64,000 bases of DNA from Diplonema japonicum (lineage: Eukaryota; Protista; Euglenozoa: Diplonemea): contig OZ025668.1 in NCBI GenBank assembly GCA_964019335.1, positions 638,525-702,524 on the forward strand. Direction: 5' to 3'. Of this stretch, positions 22,546 through 35,714 are shown piece by piece; positions within the stretch are counted from its first letter, which is position 1, and every line of letters starts with the position of its first letter. The position numbers were made by a program, and so were the translations under genes. The notes under the pieces were generated by a model. That model had not been told where the DNA came from, ran no database searches, and saw only the letters and a list, made by a program, of their open reading frames with translations.

Positions 22546-25500
22546 TCACGTCACCACTGTCCCAAAGACTTGGCTGTCACTATGGCCAAGGTTATTTTGG
22601 CTGAGGCTCCGCTGGCTTTCAAAGCTCGAAGACTTCCTGCGTGGGGGTGGTACTCTAAGAGAGTTGGACGCCAAAGGTGTCCGAGGGAAGGGGTACTGCC
22701 TGGGTGTCGTGCTGAAGTCTGTCCCCGTAGGGAACAACCTCGGCGACCGCCCGCCCGACGTGTCGGTGTGCGCAGAACAGAATTCGTCCTTCGACGACGA
22801 CGCGCCCATAGGCATGCCCCTCATCAGCGATGCAGTCATCATTTCCTCTTCTAGCGGCTCCGCACGCTCATATCTCATTCCGCCCGTTCCTACACCACCC
22901 GATGCCTGCACCGCCCATGTAGGCGGCCCTAAACACGGCGTCAGGAACCATCTTAAGAAACCCCCACAGCCACCGTCACTCCTCACGTTCTTGTACTTGT
23001 CCCATTCATCCCAAATGAACACAAAGAAATCAATCAGGAACTTCACCATTGTCCCCCACATGCACCCTTGGGCAATGTACCCTGCCGCCTGCGCCGCATT
23101 GGATTCAATGGGAGTTTCTGCCTTGAATGCAATAAGAATCAGAATCAGTGCGAGAGTCTCGCCACCCGCTAGGAGGATCTCAGTTACGTTTTCGTAGGGT
23201 GCGATGTATGGGCGAAAGATGAGCAACACCAAGAAGAAGACAACCATCAGAACCATCATCAGCCAGACTTGCATGGTGCAGTACTCTTTTGTGTTCGGTT
23301 GCCAAGCAGACACCAAAGACATAACAGAAATATGTGTAAGCTCGAAGGCAAGGAAGTAAATACAGTATCCCTTTCTGAAAGCATCAAAGGACAAACGGTT
23401 CAAGGAGAGCCACTGGTCAGAGTCGTACTCGTTCTTCTCTATCCATTCATGATCCCCCCAAAGTGCCCACACGACATGCTTCAGCTTTGTCTCAAAGGGT
23501 ACGAACCGGGAAAACTCGTCGGCCTCTCCTGCGCTAACGCCCACACGGTATGGTATCAATAAAGTGAACAGTATGAGGACTGGAACGCTTAGGAGTTTGA
23601 AGCTGATGGCACTGGAGTAGATGAGAATTGTGGATGCGGACACAGTCGCACTGCCCTGCAGGAACATGATGGGGATCAACAGCCACCCCGCCCTCGCGCG
23701 TGCCCACACACCCCGTGTTGATATTTTGTTGACGTTCTCTTGCACCTCCTCAGTGATGGTCTTGATGTGTCTTCGCGCCTTGCCGCTCGAGTATATGTGA
23801 TACGCAGCGCCACCTATGAGCAGCCCCAGCACGCTGCAGATGATCACAACACCTACCAGCGCGCCATGGTATTGTCTGTAGTCCCCCCCTATGGCCATCC
23901 CCAAAGGGTTCATCATGACAGACAGCTCTTCAGGGCCATCACCGGGACACATCATAGCTTCCATCACAAATGTCAATCTGGTAAGCGAACCGCCTGCCCT
24001 AACAGAAGCAGGGTTGGGGGGGAGCATTGCAGATGCACCAGCTACCAAAAGACCTCCAGCTGCGGCGGTTTCTGCTTCACTGGTGCCGTCAAGAGTTTGC
24101 ACCTCACCGTGCAATTTGCAAGTGAACACACACCACTGGCCACCGCTAAACACATGAACAGCCACATCTTCGCTCTGTGCTGTTGTCGCGTAATAGCCTT
24201 CATGCCTGAACGTGACCTGCAAGATAGTTTCGTTCATCTCTGCTTTAACGACCCCGTTCACTGCAAGAAGACCTCTGCTAGAGGTTTTCACAGATGTCGT
24301 GATCCATATCGCACTGGTATCAGACGGTGCACTCCCAGTGGAGTGCGACACCACCACACTCAAAACTCCCCGCGGTAAATTAGGGATAGTGAACTGCAGC
24401 AGCGTGCCTGTTGTGCGTATGTTTTGCGAGGTCAGCTTACTGTACTCTTCAGCAGTCGGCTCTCCGAGTGAGGCGCAGTGGTCTGGGGCAGCTGGTGTAG
24501 TGGTCGGTGAAGAGGATGGTATAAAATTGGGAACGTCAGTAGTCGCAACACTGGGTGGAACTGTTGGCGACGTAGTTGGTATAGCCGTTGCTACTGGGAT
24601 CGGCACAGGTGTCGGGGAAACAGTGGGCATGGCAGTGTACCCAGGAGGAACTACTGTTGGTGTGGCTGTGACGACAGATGTCGCGGGTATTTGTGTGGGA
24701 CCAGCTGTTGGTGAAGCTGTAACAGGAAGCGCCGTGGGTGCTCCTGTCAGAGGGGTTGTAGGAGCGCCAGTTGGCGTCACCGTTGGCAAGTGAGGAGGAA
24801 CAGCCGTTACTGGCGCATTAGTAGGTATTGCCGTTGGAACTGCTGTGGGGGGAGCAGTTGGAACCGTCATAGGAACTGACGTGGGTTCGGCTGTTGCAGT
24901 ACCAGGGGATTGGGTATCAGGAGCAGAAGTGCTAGGAGCCGTGGTCAACGGCACTAAAGTGCTCGGTGCTTGTGTGTCAGGAAGAGGCGTGCTGGGTGGC
25001 AGCGTAGGAATAAATGTATTTGGTGGAGTAGTATCAGGGGCTGAAGAGTCAGGTTCAAGAGTCACAGGCGCGGAAGTTGCGGGAACCAGCGTACCAGGTG
25101 CTGGGGTATCGGGCGCAGAGGTTAGAGGGGATAATGTGTCTGGCGCAGGGGATGCGGGTGCTAGTGTGTTTGGCACAAGAGTTACAGGGACTAGGGTATC
25201 TGGAGTAAGAGTAACAGGGAGAGATGTTATCGGAGCTGACGTATCAGGTACAAGGGTTGCAGGAGCAGGGGTCGCAGGAACAAGTGTGTCAGGTGCTGGT
25301 GAATTCGGAGCAGAGGTTGCAGGTGCTGGAGTATCAGGTGCCGGTGTAGGAGGTGCACCTGTGGAGGGGGCAGTTGTGGGAACAGCTGTGGGCGGTGCTG
25401 GAGTACTCGGAGCAGAGGTTGCAGGAGCAGGGGTCGCAGGAACAAGTGTGTCAGGTGCTGGTGAATTCGGAGCCGAGGTTGCAGGTGCTGATGTACTCGG

Positions 25501-26991
25501 AGCAGAGGTTGCAGGAGCTGGCGTACTCGGAGCAAGGGTTGCAGGTGCTGGTGTATTCGGAGCCGAGGTTGCAGGTGCTGATGTACTCGGAGCAGAGGTT
25601 GCAGGTGCTGGAGTATCAGGTGCCGGTGTAGGAGGTGCACCTGTGGAGGGGGCAGTTGTGGGCGGTGCTGGAGTACTCGGAGCAGAGGTTGCAGGAGCTG
25701 GTGTACTTGGAGAAGGGGTTGCAGGTGCTGGTGTACTCGGAGCAGAGGTTGCAGGAGTCGGCGTACTCGGAGCAGGGGTAGCAGGAGCTGGTGTGCTCGG
25801 AGCGGAGGTTGCAGGAGCTGGTGTACTCGGAGCAGGGGTTGCAGGAGCCGGCGTACTCGGAGCAGGGGTTGCAGGTGCTGGTGTATTCGGAGCAGAAGTT
25901 GCAGGTGCCGGCGTACTCGGAGCAGAGGTCACAGGTGTTGGTGTGCTCGGAGCAGGGGTTGCAGGTGCGGGAGTATCAGGTGCCGGTGTAGGAGGTGCAC
26001 CTGTGGAGGGGGCAGTTGTGGGAACAGCTGTGGGCGGGGCATTTGTTGGGGTGGCGGTGGGAACAGCTGTTGCTGGTGCCTCGGTTGGCGCGTGCGCCTT
26101 GCACTCCCACGTTACCTTGTACCCATATGGAACAATTGAAGCGCTGTTTGTTACTTTAATAATTGAGTCGCCTTTGCCACCCTTTGGAAGAGGCTTATTC
26201 GTGTTAAGGGCACTGAACGATCCCCCATGCACCGGACCATATTCACCAGCATCGTCCATGAAGATCACAAAGTCGCCGTCCACACAGTGTGCACCCATGC
26301 AGTTGGTAGGCGGGTCTGAGAACCAGAACTTATCCCACGTGAACTCAGCATACGGGCACACAATGCGATCACAGATAATCTCGTACGCCCCGGGTTGCAT
26401 CCCCCCAGAGTGGTCGATGGTGCCTGTCTGTCCCACAGTAGCCATCACGTCGCTCTCGTAGCCGTTGGGACAAGGCGTGACGGACTGGGGGGCACTGAAT
26501 TCTACGTTCCAAGGAACAAGAGCTGTGACGCCGGTACTCACTAAATTGTGACAAATGTTCGCGCCTGACTTACATGTGTATTGCGTGTTGCCATTGAGGA
26601 CTACGTTGTTGCATGCATTGTTCCCATTGCAGTAGAGGTCGCATTGCTGGCCACTCTGTGCTTGCAGTGAGTCACGACATGACAGCTGTAACCCCGAGCA
26701 TGTGTTAGTACCGTCGCACTTGACGCTTATAGACCCGAGGTACGCACTGTCCGACGCATCAATGACCCCTCCAGTGCACCCAGTGTCGCCACACAACACC
26801 AGACACGAATAGTGAGAACCTCCCATAATGGGGCAGTTGATAATCCCTGAGGAACATGCACCGGTGGCCGTGCAGTCAACAACACAATCATCGTAATTAG
26901 AGCACCCATTGATCGGGTCGGTGGTAGTCACTACGCACTGCGCATGTTGGACGGCAAATAGCAACAGGGCTATGTGCAATGCCTGCTCCAT
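22546..26991 (-). CDS. Large surface membrane protein: signal peptide, Cys-rich domain, Pro/Thr/Ala mucin-like stalk, multi-pass TM C-terminus
   Basis: 1481-aa ORF; (TPAP/TSAP)n repeats; about seven hydrophobic helices near the C-terminus. Confidence 0.85.
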   Translation of the reverse strand: MEQALHIALLLFAVQHAQCVVTTTDPINGCSNYDDCVVDCTATGACSSGIINCPIMGGSHYSCLVLCGDTGCTGGVIDASDSAYLGSISVKCDGTNTCSGLQLSCRDSLQAQSGQQCDLYCNGNNACNNVVLNGNTQYTCKSGANICHNLVSTGVTALVPWNVEFSAPQSVTPCPNGYESDVMATVGQTGTIDHSGGMQPGAYEIICDRIVCPYAEFTWDKFWFSDPPTNCMGAHCVDGDFVIFMDDAGEYGPVHGGSFSALNTNKPLPKGGKGDSIIKVTNSASIVPYGYKVTWECKAHAPTEAPATAVPTATPTNAPPTAVPTTAPSTGAPPTPAPDTPAPATPAPSTPTPVTSAPSTPAPATSAPNTPAPATPAPSTPAPATPAPSTPAPATSAPSTPAPATPAPSTPTPATSAPSTPAPATPSPSTPAPATSAPSTPAPPTTAPSTGAPPTPAPDTPAPATSAPSTSAPATSAPNTPAPATLAPSTPAPATSAPSTSAPATSAPNSPAPDTLVPATPAPATSAPSTPAPPTAVPTTAPSTGAPPTPAPDTPAPATSAPNSPAPDTLVPATPAPATLVPDTSAPITSLPVTLTPDTLVPVTLVPNTLAPASPAPDTLSPLTSAPDTPAPGTLVPATSAPVTLEPDSSAPDTTPPNTFIPTLPPSTPLPDTQAPSTLVPLTTAPSTSAPDTQSPGTATAEPTSVPMTVPTAPPTAVPTAIPTNAPVTAVPPHLPTVTPTGAPTTPLTGAPTALPVTASPTAGPTQIPATSVVTATPTVVPPGYTAMPTVSPTPVPIPVATAIPTTSPTVPPSVATTDVPNFIPSSSPTTTPAAPDHCASLGEPTAEEYSKLTSQNIRTTGTLLQFTIPNLPRGVLSVVVSHSTGSAPSDTSAIWITTSVKTSSRGLLAVNGVVKAEMNETILQVTFRHEGYYATTAQSEDVAVHVFSGGQWCVFTCKLHGEVQTLDGTSEAETAAAGGLLVAGASAMLPPNPASVRAGGSLTRLTFVMEAMMCPGDGPEELSVMMNPLGMAIGGDYRQYHGALVGVVIICSVLGLLIGGAAYHIYSSGKARRHIKTITEEVQENVNKISTRGVWARARAGWLLIPIMFLQGSATVSASTILIYSSAISFKLLSVPVLILFTLLIPYRVGVSAGEADEFSRFVPFETKLKHVVWALWGDHEWIEKNEYDSDQWLSLNRLSFDAFRKGYCIYFLAFELTHISVMSLVSAWQPNTKEYCTMQVWLMMVLMVVFFLVLLIFRPYIAPYENVTEILLAGGETLALILILIAFKAETPIESNAAQAAGYIAQGCMWGTMVKFLIDFFVFIWDEWDKYKNVRSDGGCGGFLRWFLTPCLGPPTWAVQASGGVGTGGMRYERAEPLEEEMMTASLMRGMPMGASSSKDEFCSAHTDTSGGRSPRLFPTGTDFSTTPRQYPFPRTPLASNSLRVPPPRRKSSSFESQRSLSQNNLGHSDSQVFGTVVT
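25000..26090. repeat. Coding 15/30-bp minisatellite (ATSAP-STPAP)
   Basis: Repeated ggagcagaggttgcaggtgctggtgtactc units. Confidence 0.9.
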
Positions 26992-29900
26992 GTCCTGTGG
27001 TGCGGTGCAATAATAGAAGAATTAAGTAAAATGGAAAAGAAAGAGGGATGGGAAACATTACAACTTACTACGATGCCTGATGCTCCGTCGGCGGGGACGG
27101 CTGTCAACAAGGTTGTGAGGGAAGCCTAATGCACTGCTACAGCATGCCCTTCGTCTGAGGAGCAACAGGACACGTCGAGAACAAAGCACGAGAAAGGGCT
27201 AGTAAAGGTATTTATTATGTGGAAACACTGTGCAGTCCTGACATTGGGCAGCCCGACAAGGCCGTCCACTGCCATTCCACATCAGACGCTGAAAACACTG
27301 GAACAGGAATGGAATGGGGTTGTGTTTTCTTTCTTCTTTTTCTTTCTTTTTTTCATTCTTTTTTCTTTAATACAACTGGCACATTGTTGCCCTACTGCCC
27401 TTGGAGACTCTCTTCCGTGTCATCCAGAGGGCCTCCTGTGCCATTAGCTGTTCGGGAAGTCATCTTGCGATTGAACCCACACAACATGAGGAGACTAATT
27501 TGATTTGGCTGACAGATGGAAGTTGTTCTTTGCAGGAAGAGCTTCTAGGTTGCCACGACGGCTTTGTTCTCTCTTGGTTTTCTTCTTCTTTCCTCTCTTG
27601 TTTTCTTCGAAAAAGAAGAAGGAAGGAAGAAGAAAAATAAGGGGTCGAAAGGGGGGTTGGGTTGGTGTTTTATTTGTTTCCTTCTTGACCATGGAAGACG
27701 CCCATCACCTAGGGCACGTCTTCAATGGCGCAAAGGAAAAAGGGAGCGCATCGAGCTTTCCTCTCCATCCAGGGAAGGAAGCCTTTTGGAAGAACAATTT
27801 TTTTTTTCTGTTTGCTCCATCTGAGGCAAAGCATTTCCACTACAAAATCAGCCCAAACAACTCACGCTGTGAAGTGACGGTGCAGACCTCAGGAGGGAAA
27901 AAAAAAGCTTGTGAGGAAGGGCTGAGCCCTTCCTGCGCTCTGGAGAGATGCAGGCGGGGGGTGGAGAAGGGAAAGACAGACAGTTAAAGAAGGGGGGGGG
28001 GGGGGGGGGGGGGGGGCAGTCATTATGCAACACACACGATCACAAACAGGGAAAGGAAAAGATAAAGATAAAGAAGACGTTTAAATGGAACAAAAAATAA
28101 AACCAGAAAAAAAAGGGGGGGGCCCCTCTTGACATGTTGTTTAATAAGCTTCACGAAGGCGCGAAAGAGAGGTGGGGGGAAATATTTTTCAGAAAAAAAA
28201 GGGAGAGAAAAAAAAGGGGTGGGGAGGGATTGTTCAGAAAAGGTGGTGTGTCGCAGTGGCAAGATAAACCTTCACTTCTACGGTGACACAACCTATAGCT
28301 GCACTTGCACACAACAAGAGGGAAAACGAAAAGAAAAACGGAAAAGAAAAAAGAAGCGAAGACAACGTACCACACCAGTCGCTCGTTGGGTCCCAGTGCA
28401 GTAGTCGCTTCAGGGGGTAAATGGATGAGCGCACCTACAGCCTCTTCCAAATCAATATCCTTTTTTACTTTACTTTAGTTCCCTTCCCAACCTCAGACGG
28501 GGCGGCTCGGTGGGGCGGTAGGGGCAGCTAACATGAAAGAAAAGAGGAAGGGAAAGGGGAAGGATCGTACCGTGGCAGGACGTGAACTGCCTGAAGGAGA
28601 AGCAAAATGTCTCATGTCACAGGCAGCTCACTCAAATTACCACTTTTTTTTACAAAGGCATCCCAAACTTGGCGTATGCGAAAGTCTACAACAGAACCTT
28701 TGGGGAAGTTGACCCTCGAAAGGCCCTACACGTACACAGCAATCGGCCAGTGAAAGGGAAGGTCCTTTGTGGGTTGGGGCTAAAGGGGGGGGGGGGGGGG
28801 GGGTTTGAAGGGAACTTGACACGTAATAACAACTGGTGTCACGTACCGATCTACTGGAGCTCAGCCAAGCAGGGAATAGAAAAGAAAAAAAAAGGGGGGT
28901 CGTAGAGGCTATTCTCTTGTATAAATATTAATTTATTATTTTGTCTCACATCTCTTGGTCTTCTCGCAGTTGGAAAGACCCTGCAGTACTGACATGAGGG
29001 AGACTTCTTCTGCAGCGATGACTCTTGGCTATAAAACCATCAATGTGATACCCCCCAACAAGGGAGAAACTAAACCAAAGAAAAAGATTGAAAATAAATT
29101 TAAGGACGAAATGGAAGAAGTTACAACAAAGAAGCCCCCTTTGAAAAAGAAAGGTAAGACAGCATACGTAGTTGTAAAGCGCTGAGCAGCGAGCCCTCCT
29201 GCCAGGAGCCCGAAGGCACCCTTCCCGGAAAGTTGCAAACCAGGAATTCTTTCCACTTTTTTCTTCTTCTTTTTTTTACAACACTATTTGGGGTAGAAAA
29301 AGGAAAGAAAAAACCTTTGAAAGTGTCAGGCGAAGGGTGGTAACAAGGGAAAAGAGAAAAAAAAAGAAGAAGAAGAAAGTGAAAAGGCGACACGGATACT
29401 CGGCAGTGCCTTGCCGCACTAAATAAAATAAAAGAAGAAGAAATGCTTGTTGAAAGGAGCCACGACACCACTCCTGTTGCGTCCGTGGGTGTGCCCAGGC
29501 AGTGTCCAGTAGGAACGCTCGGTGTGTGCTCTTGCCTTTAGCTCAAGGAGAAAGAAAGAAGACTTTCAAGATTTCTCATAAAAAACGGGGGTAAAACAAA
29601 TGGATAGGAAGGAACAAGTAGAAGGGGAAGGGATGGGGCAAACAAAGAAAAGGGGGGACGAGGAGGAAGAGTAGAAGGAGAAAGAGAAAGAATGAAATAT
29701 AGAAATACTGGTGCATTTTTTTTTTTTTTCTTCTTTTCTTCTTTTCTTCTCCTCCCCTCTCCTTTTTAGCTGGTGTTTACAGCTTGGTAAAAAGGACACT
29801 GAAAATTTCCGGTGAAAATCATCTTCTTCTTTTTTCAATCATATTTTCCTTACCGAGCAAGACGAGATGGTAACTAGTGTCTTTGAATCTTGCTCAGTGA

Positions 29901-30213
29901 TAGTTTTCTGCAAACCAGGGGGGGGAGGTGGGAAACTACAAGCAGTGTGCATGCTCGTGTTTCCGCAGAAACCTCTAATAAACCAATCAAAGCTGTGCGC
30001 TTACTATTTATTTCAACAACAGTGTTATTAAACAACATGTACCCATGACGCTCGCAGAGCGACAGAGGAACAAGACTAGACAGCGTGTCGCTGCATTAAA
30101 CCATAACGGGTTGGGCCTGTGCGCAACTGAAGGTGCTAGGCATACCAAGAAAAGAGGAGGAGGGAAGGAAAAAAAGGGGGGTAAAACAAGGGGAGTGCCA
30201 GCTGCATGGCGGT

Positions 30214-31286
30214 TTAGTGGAGGACATCCCTCCAGTTCCCAGGTAGGCTGTGAGTATGAGTGTGTTATTCGTTTTCCCTTTTCCCTCTTGTTGTCCATAC
30301 ATGTCTGTGACCCTGTTGGCGAGCTTGTCGAAGTCGATCTCCGCAGCGGATGGACTGTCCAAAGCATTCCTACTTTCTGATATCAACAGCTCCAACCCGC
30401 TGGGTTCGTTGAGCCTCTCTCTCCTGTAGAAAGAAGCAATCTCGTACAACGTGAGCCCCTTGTTTGCAGCGATCTTCAGGCATATGTTCGCAGCCCTGAA
30501 CAGGTCCACTGCCTCGTTCTCGATGCCTGCCTCGTGCAGCATCTCAACCTCTGCCTCGATGTCGATCGAGTTGATGTACTCCAGAGACGCCTCTGAGAGT
30601 GGCTCCTTCACTTGCTTCCACAGCTGCCACTCAAAGTCGAGATCCTCAATGGACATGGGGAATGTGTAGCCGTGGTCGATGGGGATCAATCTAGTGGAGG
30701 AGGGCTCCTTGCGGATCAGTATGTTCCCTCCGTGTCTGTCGCAGTTCAGGATCCTCAGGTCGAGGATAGCTATTTTGTGCGTGTCCTCGGTGTCGAAAAG
30801 AGCGGGACCGCAGTCCCACGACTGCCCGTCGTTCTGCACGAATCTCTGAACGGAGCACGTCACTGGTGCACTGCTGTCCCTGCTAAAGTACCTTGCCGGT
30901 AGCTCTTGTATCACTGTTTCAGGGACTCCTGCATGCTTTCCCAGCTGGTATGCCAGCTGTTCTCTGAGGTACCCCGTCCCGGGGTTGAACCCATTCTTTG
31001 CGACACTCCCTTCTTCACCGTTGGGGTTCCTTGTCATCCCTGCCTCCTCGTCGGCAGGCTTTACAACTCCCACCTTCTCGTACATGCGCTCGATGAAGTA
31101 GGTTCCGTTGACAGTGTCCTCATCCACACTTGCCAAGGACCCGCCAGCCGCCAGCACAAGGTCCACCTCGGTTTTAAGAGGCATCTTCAGTGTCGCGTCC
31201 AATCCAGGTGATGTACATCTGCTGGTTGCCTCAGAAGTGAGCCCCTCGGACTCACTTACAATGTCGACCTCCCTGGTGAACTTCAT
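30214..31286 (-). CDS. Phosphatidylinositol 4-kinase type II (gamma-like); 53-nt intron at 30248-30300
   Basis: GTYF, VVKPADEE, REQLAY, SVQRFV, NCDRHGGN, PIDHG motifs. Confidence 0.85.
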
Positions 31287-31399
31287 ATTGTGTAGTGTAT
31301 GTTGTAGTGGTGCAGCTATAAAGATAGCCAACCTGGAGTGTGATCTTAGTGTCAAGACGTAAAGCGCAGAATTATATAATACAAGACAGGATACAACGC

Positions 31400-33336
31400 C
31401 TACGACACAGGCGGGGGTGGAGGGGGTGCTGTTTTTGGTGCAGGGGGGGGAGGTGCCTTTGGTGCAGCAGATGGTGCCGGAGGGGGTGCTTTTGGTGCAG
31501 GGGGGGGAGGTGCTTTTGGTGCAGCAGATGGTACCGGAGGGGGTGCTTTTGGTGCAGCAGGAGGAGGTGGTGCAACGGGTGCTGCTGGAGGAGGTGGCGC
31601 TGCCTTTGCCGCAGGTGCCTTAGGTGCTTCTGATGGCTGAGAAGCATCAGTTTGCTTACTTTCCTTGTTGCTTTCCCACATTTCCGCAAGAGTATCCTTC
31701 TGTACCGTTTTGACACTCTTGAGCTGTGATGCATTGTATGGGTTGACTTGCCTGCAAAATAGCATACCTTTATCCCAGCTTTGAGATCGGCAAACAATGC
31801 ACCCATATCTGCCTTCGGCTTCTTTTTTGGAGCAGCTGCCTTCGCTCGGGGCGGCGGCGGCGGTAGTGGTGCCCCTTTCCCAGGGGGTGGCGGAGGGGCA
31901 CCCTTGCTCTGAGGCGGCGGCGGCGGCGGTGCTTCTTTCCCTGCAGGGGGCGGTGGTGGCAAGCCCTTAGCTGGTGGCGGAGGGGGTGTTGTCTTCACAG
32001 GAGTGGGTGGTGCCCTAGCCGGTGTTGGAGGCTGTTGGCTACGAACACTCGCCGACATCGGAGGGTGCGCGGGCGGGGGTGGCACAGCTGTGTTAGACAA
32101 GGTCGCACCCAGCCCTTGGCGTGTAATCTCCAAACCCCACGATGATTTACTCATTTCCAAATCAGGTGTTGTTCTCAAGAAGTCCGTGTGTGTGTGCTTG
32201 TTCCTGTCCTCGCCCCTTGGTGTTGGCAAAGGTGTGTTACCAACCTTGGGAGTGGGCACTGGGTTGGTGAGCGATGTGTGAGGCATCTTCTTTGAAATTG
32301 TTGACTTCGGTGGGAGTGCTGGCGGTTGCGTTCTGTTCCTGTTGCTCTTCTCGGCAGCGGTTCTGAAGTTGCTTGACGCAGCAGGGGCTTTCAAGATAGC
32401 TATGGCACGTGCCACAACAGCGCGATTGACTAGCGATCCGACGGGTTTGAGCTTTTTTGGATGCAGATTTTTGTCGCACCTTTCGTTAAACAAAGCATCC
32501 CACTCCGTTTCGATCTCAGAATCAGTTTGATGTTTGACCGAGCTTCTCTCCATAAAGTAACCTTCAAAAGAAGAAGAAGAATAACCTCCACTAGACCTGC
32601 CTAACCTGACACCTGCTGTACGGCTGCCTATCATGTTAGGCGGCGGTGCGTTGTGTGTGCGAGAGCGTGGTGAATGCACGAGGGTGCGCATGTGCGTGTG
32701 TGTGCTGGTGTAAGGTGTCAGGTTCGTGGGGGGTGCGGGTGTCTGTATTGAAGCACCCGTTGGTGCATCTTTTTCGAAATCCAATGCATTAACCAGGGCT
32801 TTAGAAAAGCTTCTCACAGCACCACCTGTGAAGACTATGGGGGAGCTCACCGTCGTGGAGCACGTCAACGATATGACTAGCTGGCTGTCAAGCACTGCAA
32901 GGTCGCCGATTATGTCATCCTCGATTGATAGGAAGATGTCCCCTTCAGGTCTGGTCACCACTGTGAAGCCACCACTGGGCGACAGGTAGGCAGAGACGTT
33001 CTTCTCGTGAGAGTTCACGGTCAGTATCTGAAGGTCGAAAACTTTGCCGCTGGGTTCCTGCTGCCTGGTTGCCTGCCGCTTCTCCTTCCTAATCTGTCGC
33101 AGGTCTTCCTCAGCCTTTTCCAAATCTCTTCGCATTTTGCTATTTTCTCGCCTTTCCCTCTGCAGATCTAAATAGTGTTTGGGTGACGATCTGGTAGGCG
33201 AAGCGTTCTTCGGCGAACTCTGGACAGGCGGGCTCCTGACCTGTTTGGGAGGTGCTATTTCGGTAAGCTGTGGTATGAAGGCCCACGTCCACTCTCCAGA
33301 GTTGCACATCACCCATTTCCACTCCCCAGCGGCCAT
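31400..33336 (-). CDS. Proline-rich WH2-domain actin-binding protein; 44-nt intron at 31724-31767 (5' part of the gene model uncertain)
   Basis: Poly-Pro tracts; splicing creates WH2 motif LFADLKAGIK|LKSV. Confidence 0.65.
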
Positions 33337-33485
33337 TTTAACCTGAGTTGACTTGAATAAGTTGCTAGCAAGCACAAGGTTTACGTACTGGCCTCAGCAC
33401 GAAAAATCTCGCAAGGTGCCCGTCGCTGTGAATGACAGAAGACCGTGTCTATAAAATGTGTAAGGGGTGGGGGTTTCTTTTAAAT

Positions 33486-33531
<46 letters not shown>

Positions 33532-34147
33532 GCCATTCTTAGTCACAGTCGGGACCGAAGCACCTATGCTTTGTGTAGATCTTGGGAGGGAGGGTGTCTC
33601 TGACCTCATCGGCCTTGACCATCCTGTGGGTGGAGTAAGTGGTTATTTGGTTTGAAACATACAGCTCGAACCCGAAGCTCCCAAGGAAGTCTAGTGTGTT
33701 AGGCAGAAACCCAGCGGTCTGAGTTAATGGTATTTTAGTTGGGCATGACAGACCTTCGCGAACCTGTTGTCCATCGTGTTCCACGTGTCGCCGCCCATGT
33801 TTATGTACTGAGGTTGTGTGTGTAACCTGTCATGTCGTGTTAATCGTGGCAGATAAACAGCTTATGTAACGTGTATATATTCCACAATAAGAGTTCAAGG
33901 CGCAGAAAATGTGAAGGTGGCCTTTTATAGGAGCTTTGCTGTCAGCTGCCTTCGGGAAGAACAGACAAAAGAAACAGGAGAGGCAGAAAAAAGTAATCGA
34001 AAAGAGAAAAAATAGAAAACACAACACTCGAAGGAAGACAGGTGGTTTTCAGTAAGGTGACACCAGTCTTCAGGAAGATGCCGCAATGACAACAACGTGT
34101 TCGAATAACAAAAGAGAAACCGAATAACAAGAGAGCACAGTGACTGC

Positions 34148-35433
34148 TCACATGACGTAAAGGACTTCCTGGAGCCACACGAGCATGGCCTGGTAGATCT
34201 CCTCACCAGAAGGGACAATCTGGTCGGGGGGGAGGACAAAGCTGGAGCCTGTGCGCATTAAATATTGTTTACAGGTTACATACCACGGAGTTCGAACGTG
34301 AAGCCACTGTACTCAGTGGTTTGCTCAGCAATCCAGTCCACAGCAAGGCCCGAGCAGCAGTACAGGTTGTACGCCTTGATGTTTTGGTATACCTGACCAG
34401 ATTGCTGCCTGATAGCCTCGACCATCTTGGCACCACGGGCACCTTCGATCATGTCGTTGTTCGAGGGTTGCGCTGTCCAGCCGTACGGACGGAGGAGCAG
34501 GTTGCCGTAGGAGTGGAAGTCGTGCCCACCAAGAATGTGCTTGTTCTCAGACTTCAACTTCTCGAAGAAGTCCCTGACAACTGCCGCCTCAGTGCCGGAG
34601 AAGGCGGCTGTGCCACGGTAGGTGTCCGAGGACGGAGCGGTCGATGCACCACACCCACCCCATGCAGAGTCCCAGTTCCTGTTCAAATCAGTACCAATGT
34701 ATGAAGAACCGGCATTAGGCTGCCTGTTCTTCCTCCACATCCTGTTCGTCTCCCAAGAGTACTCGTACCCATCCCTGTTCAGGACAGGGGTCATGTACAC
34801 CTGCGTATCGTGAAGGATTTTGGACACTACGGGGTTGCTGACCCTCTCTTGGAGGAGCTTCTGGGTGTAGTACATGCAGGTCATGGGGGCAATCCATTCC
34901 CTTGCATGGATACCACACTGGATCCACACAACGTGCTGGCTATCTTTGTTCCCGAAGTGAATGGCGTTGATGGGCTTTTGGAGGTTCGTCTGACCGATAG
35001 AGATCAGCGACACGTTAGCGTAAGTCTGGGAAATAGATTCAAGCTGCTTGTAGATCTCGTCGTAGTTGCGGAAGTCCTCGTAGAAGGTGGCAGGGTCGGC
35101 CACATCGAATACGGCCTTTGAGATCCTCTCCCTCTCCCTCTTGATGTCCTCCTCGAAGTCTGAGTGAAGAATCGTGTGGTTGAACTTCTTCAGAACAGCC
35201 CTCAGCTCATCCCCACCTCTGACGTCAACGTTGCCCTTCCACCCCGCTGGAACATACTCTGCCTCCATTGCATCGGGGTCCCACATGTCAACCTTGCCGT
35301 CGTCCTTCTTGCAATCCTTGCACGGGACTTGTGCGATCTCCTTCAAAACAGCAGCGCCAACATCCTCCAAGTGGGCGACAAAGGTAGAACTACCCACAGT
35401 GGCGAGAGCTAAGAGCAAGCCTGTTCTCAACAT
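34148..35433 (-). CDS. M14 zinc carboxypeptidase A/B-like, secreted; 35-nt intron at 34249-34283
   Basis: GIHAREW, WRKNR, DLNRNW, DFHSYG, FELRG; the last exon supplies FVLPPDQIVPSGEE. Confidence 0.93.
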
Positions 35434-35714
35434 TTTAATGAGGCAAATAAGGTGACTATAGGAATTGAACAGAACGGTAGAGCAAAGGAAGAAAACTAAA
35501 AAAAAAGAAGAAGGGTTAAGGTTACTATTTATGTCTTATTTCAAAGAAGGGGTAAGTATTATATCTTCACGTGGGATGTGAAGGTAAAAGGTAGGAACAC
35601 TTTAAGCATATTTGTACCCAAAACCTCTATTTATAGGCTGCCGGTTGCCTTGTACTTATACCTGTGACTTGTTCAGGTATATAATCTATTGAGAAGGTGT
35701 ATCCCTACACCTCC

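Noticed and set aside
24845-26461. 538-aa Gly/Ala/Val-rich plus-strand ORF
   Set aside because: Antisense shadow of the Pro/Thr/Ala repeat
27075-27170. Long imperfect hairpin as a possible snoRNA
   Set aside because: It pairs best on the non-array strand and no convincing box motifs were found
27000-30200. Many short poly-Phe/Lys/Gly/Pro ORFs (also at 52-408, 900-1280, 8300-8950, 54500-55500)
   Set aside because: Translations of homopolymer-rich UTR or intergenic DNA with no domain signal
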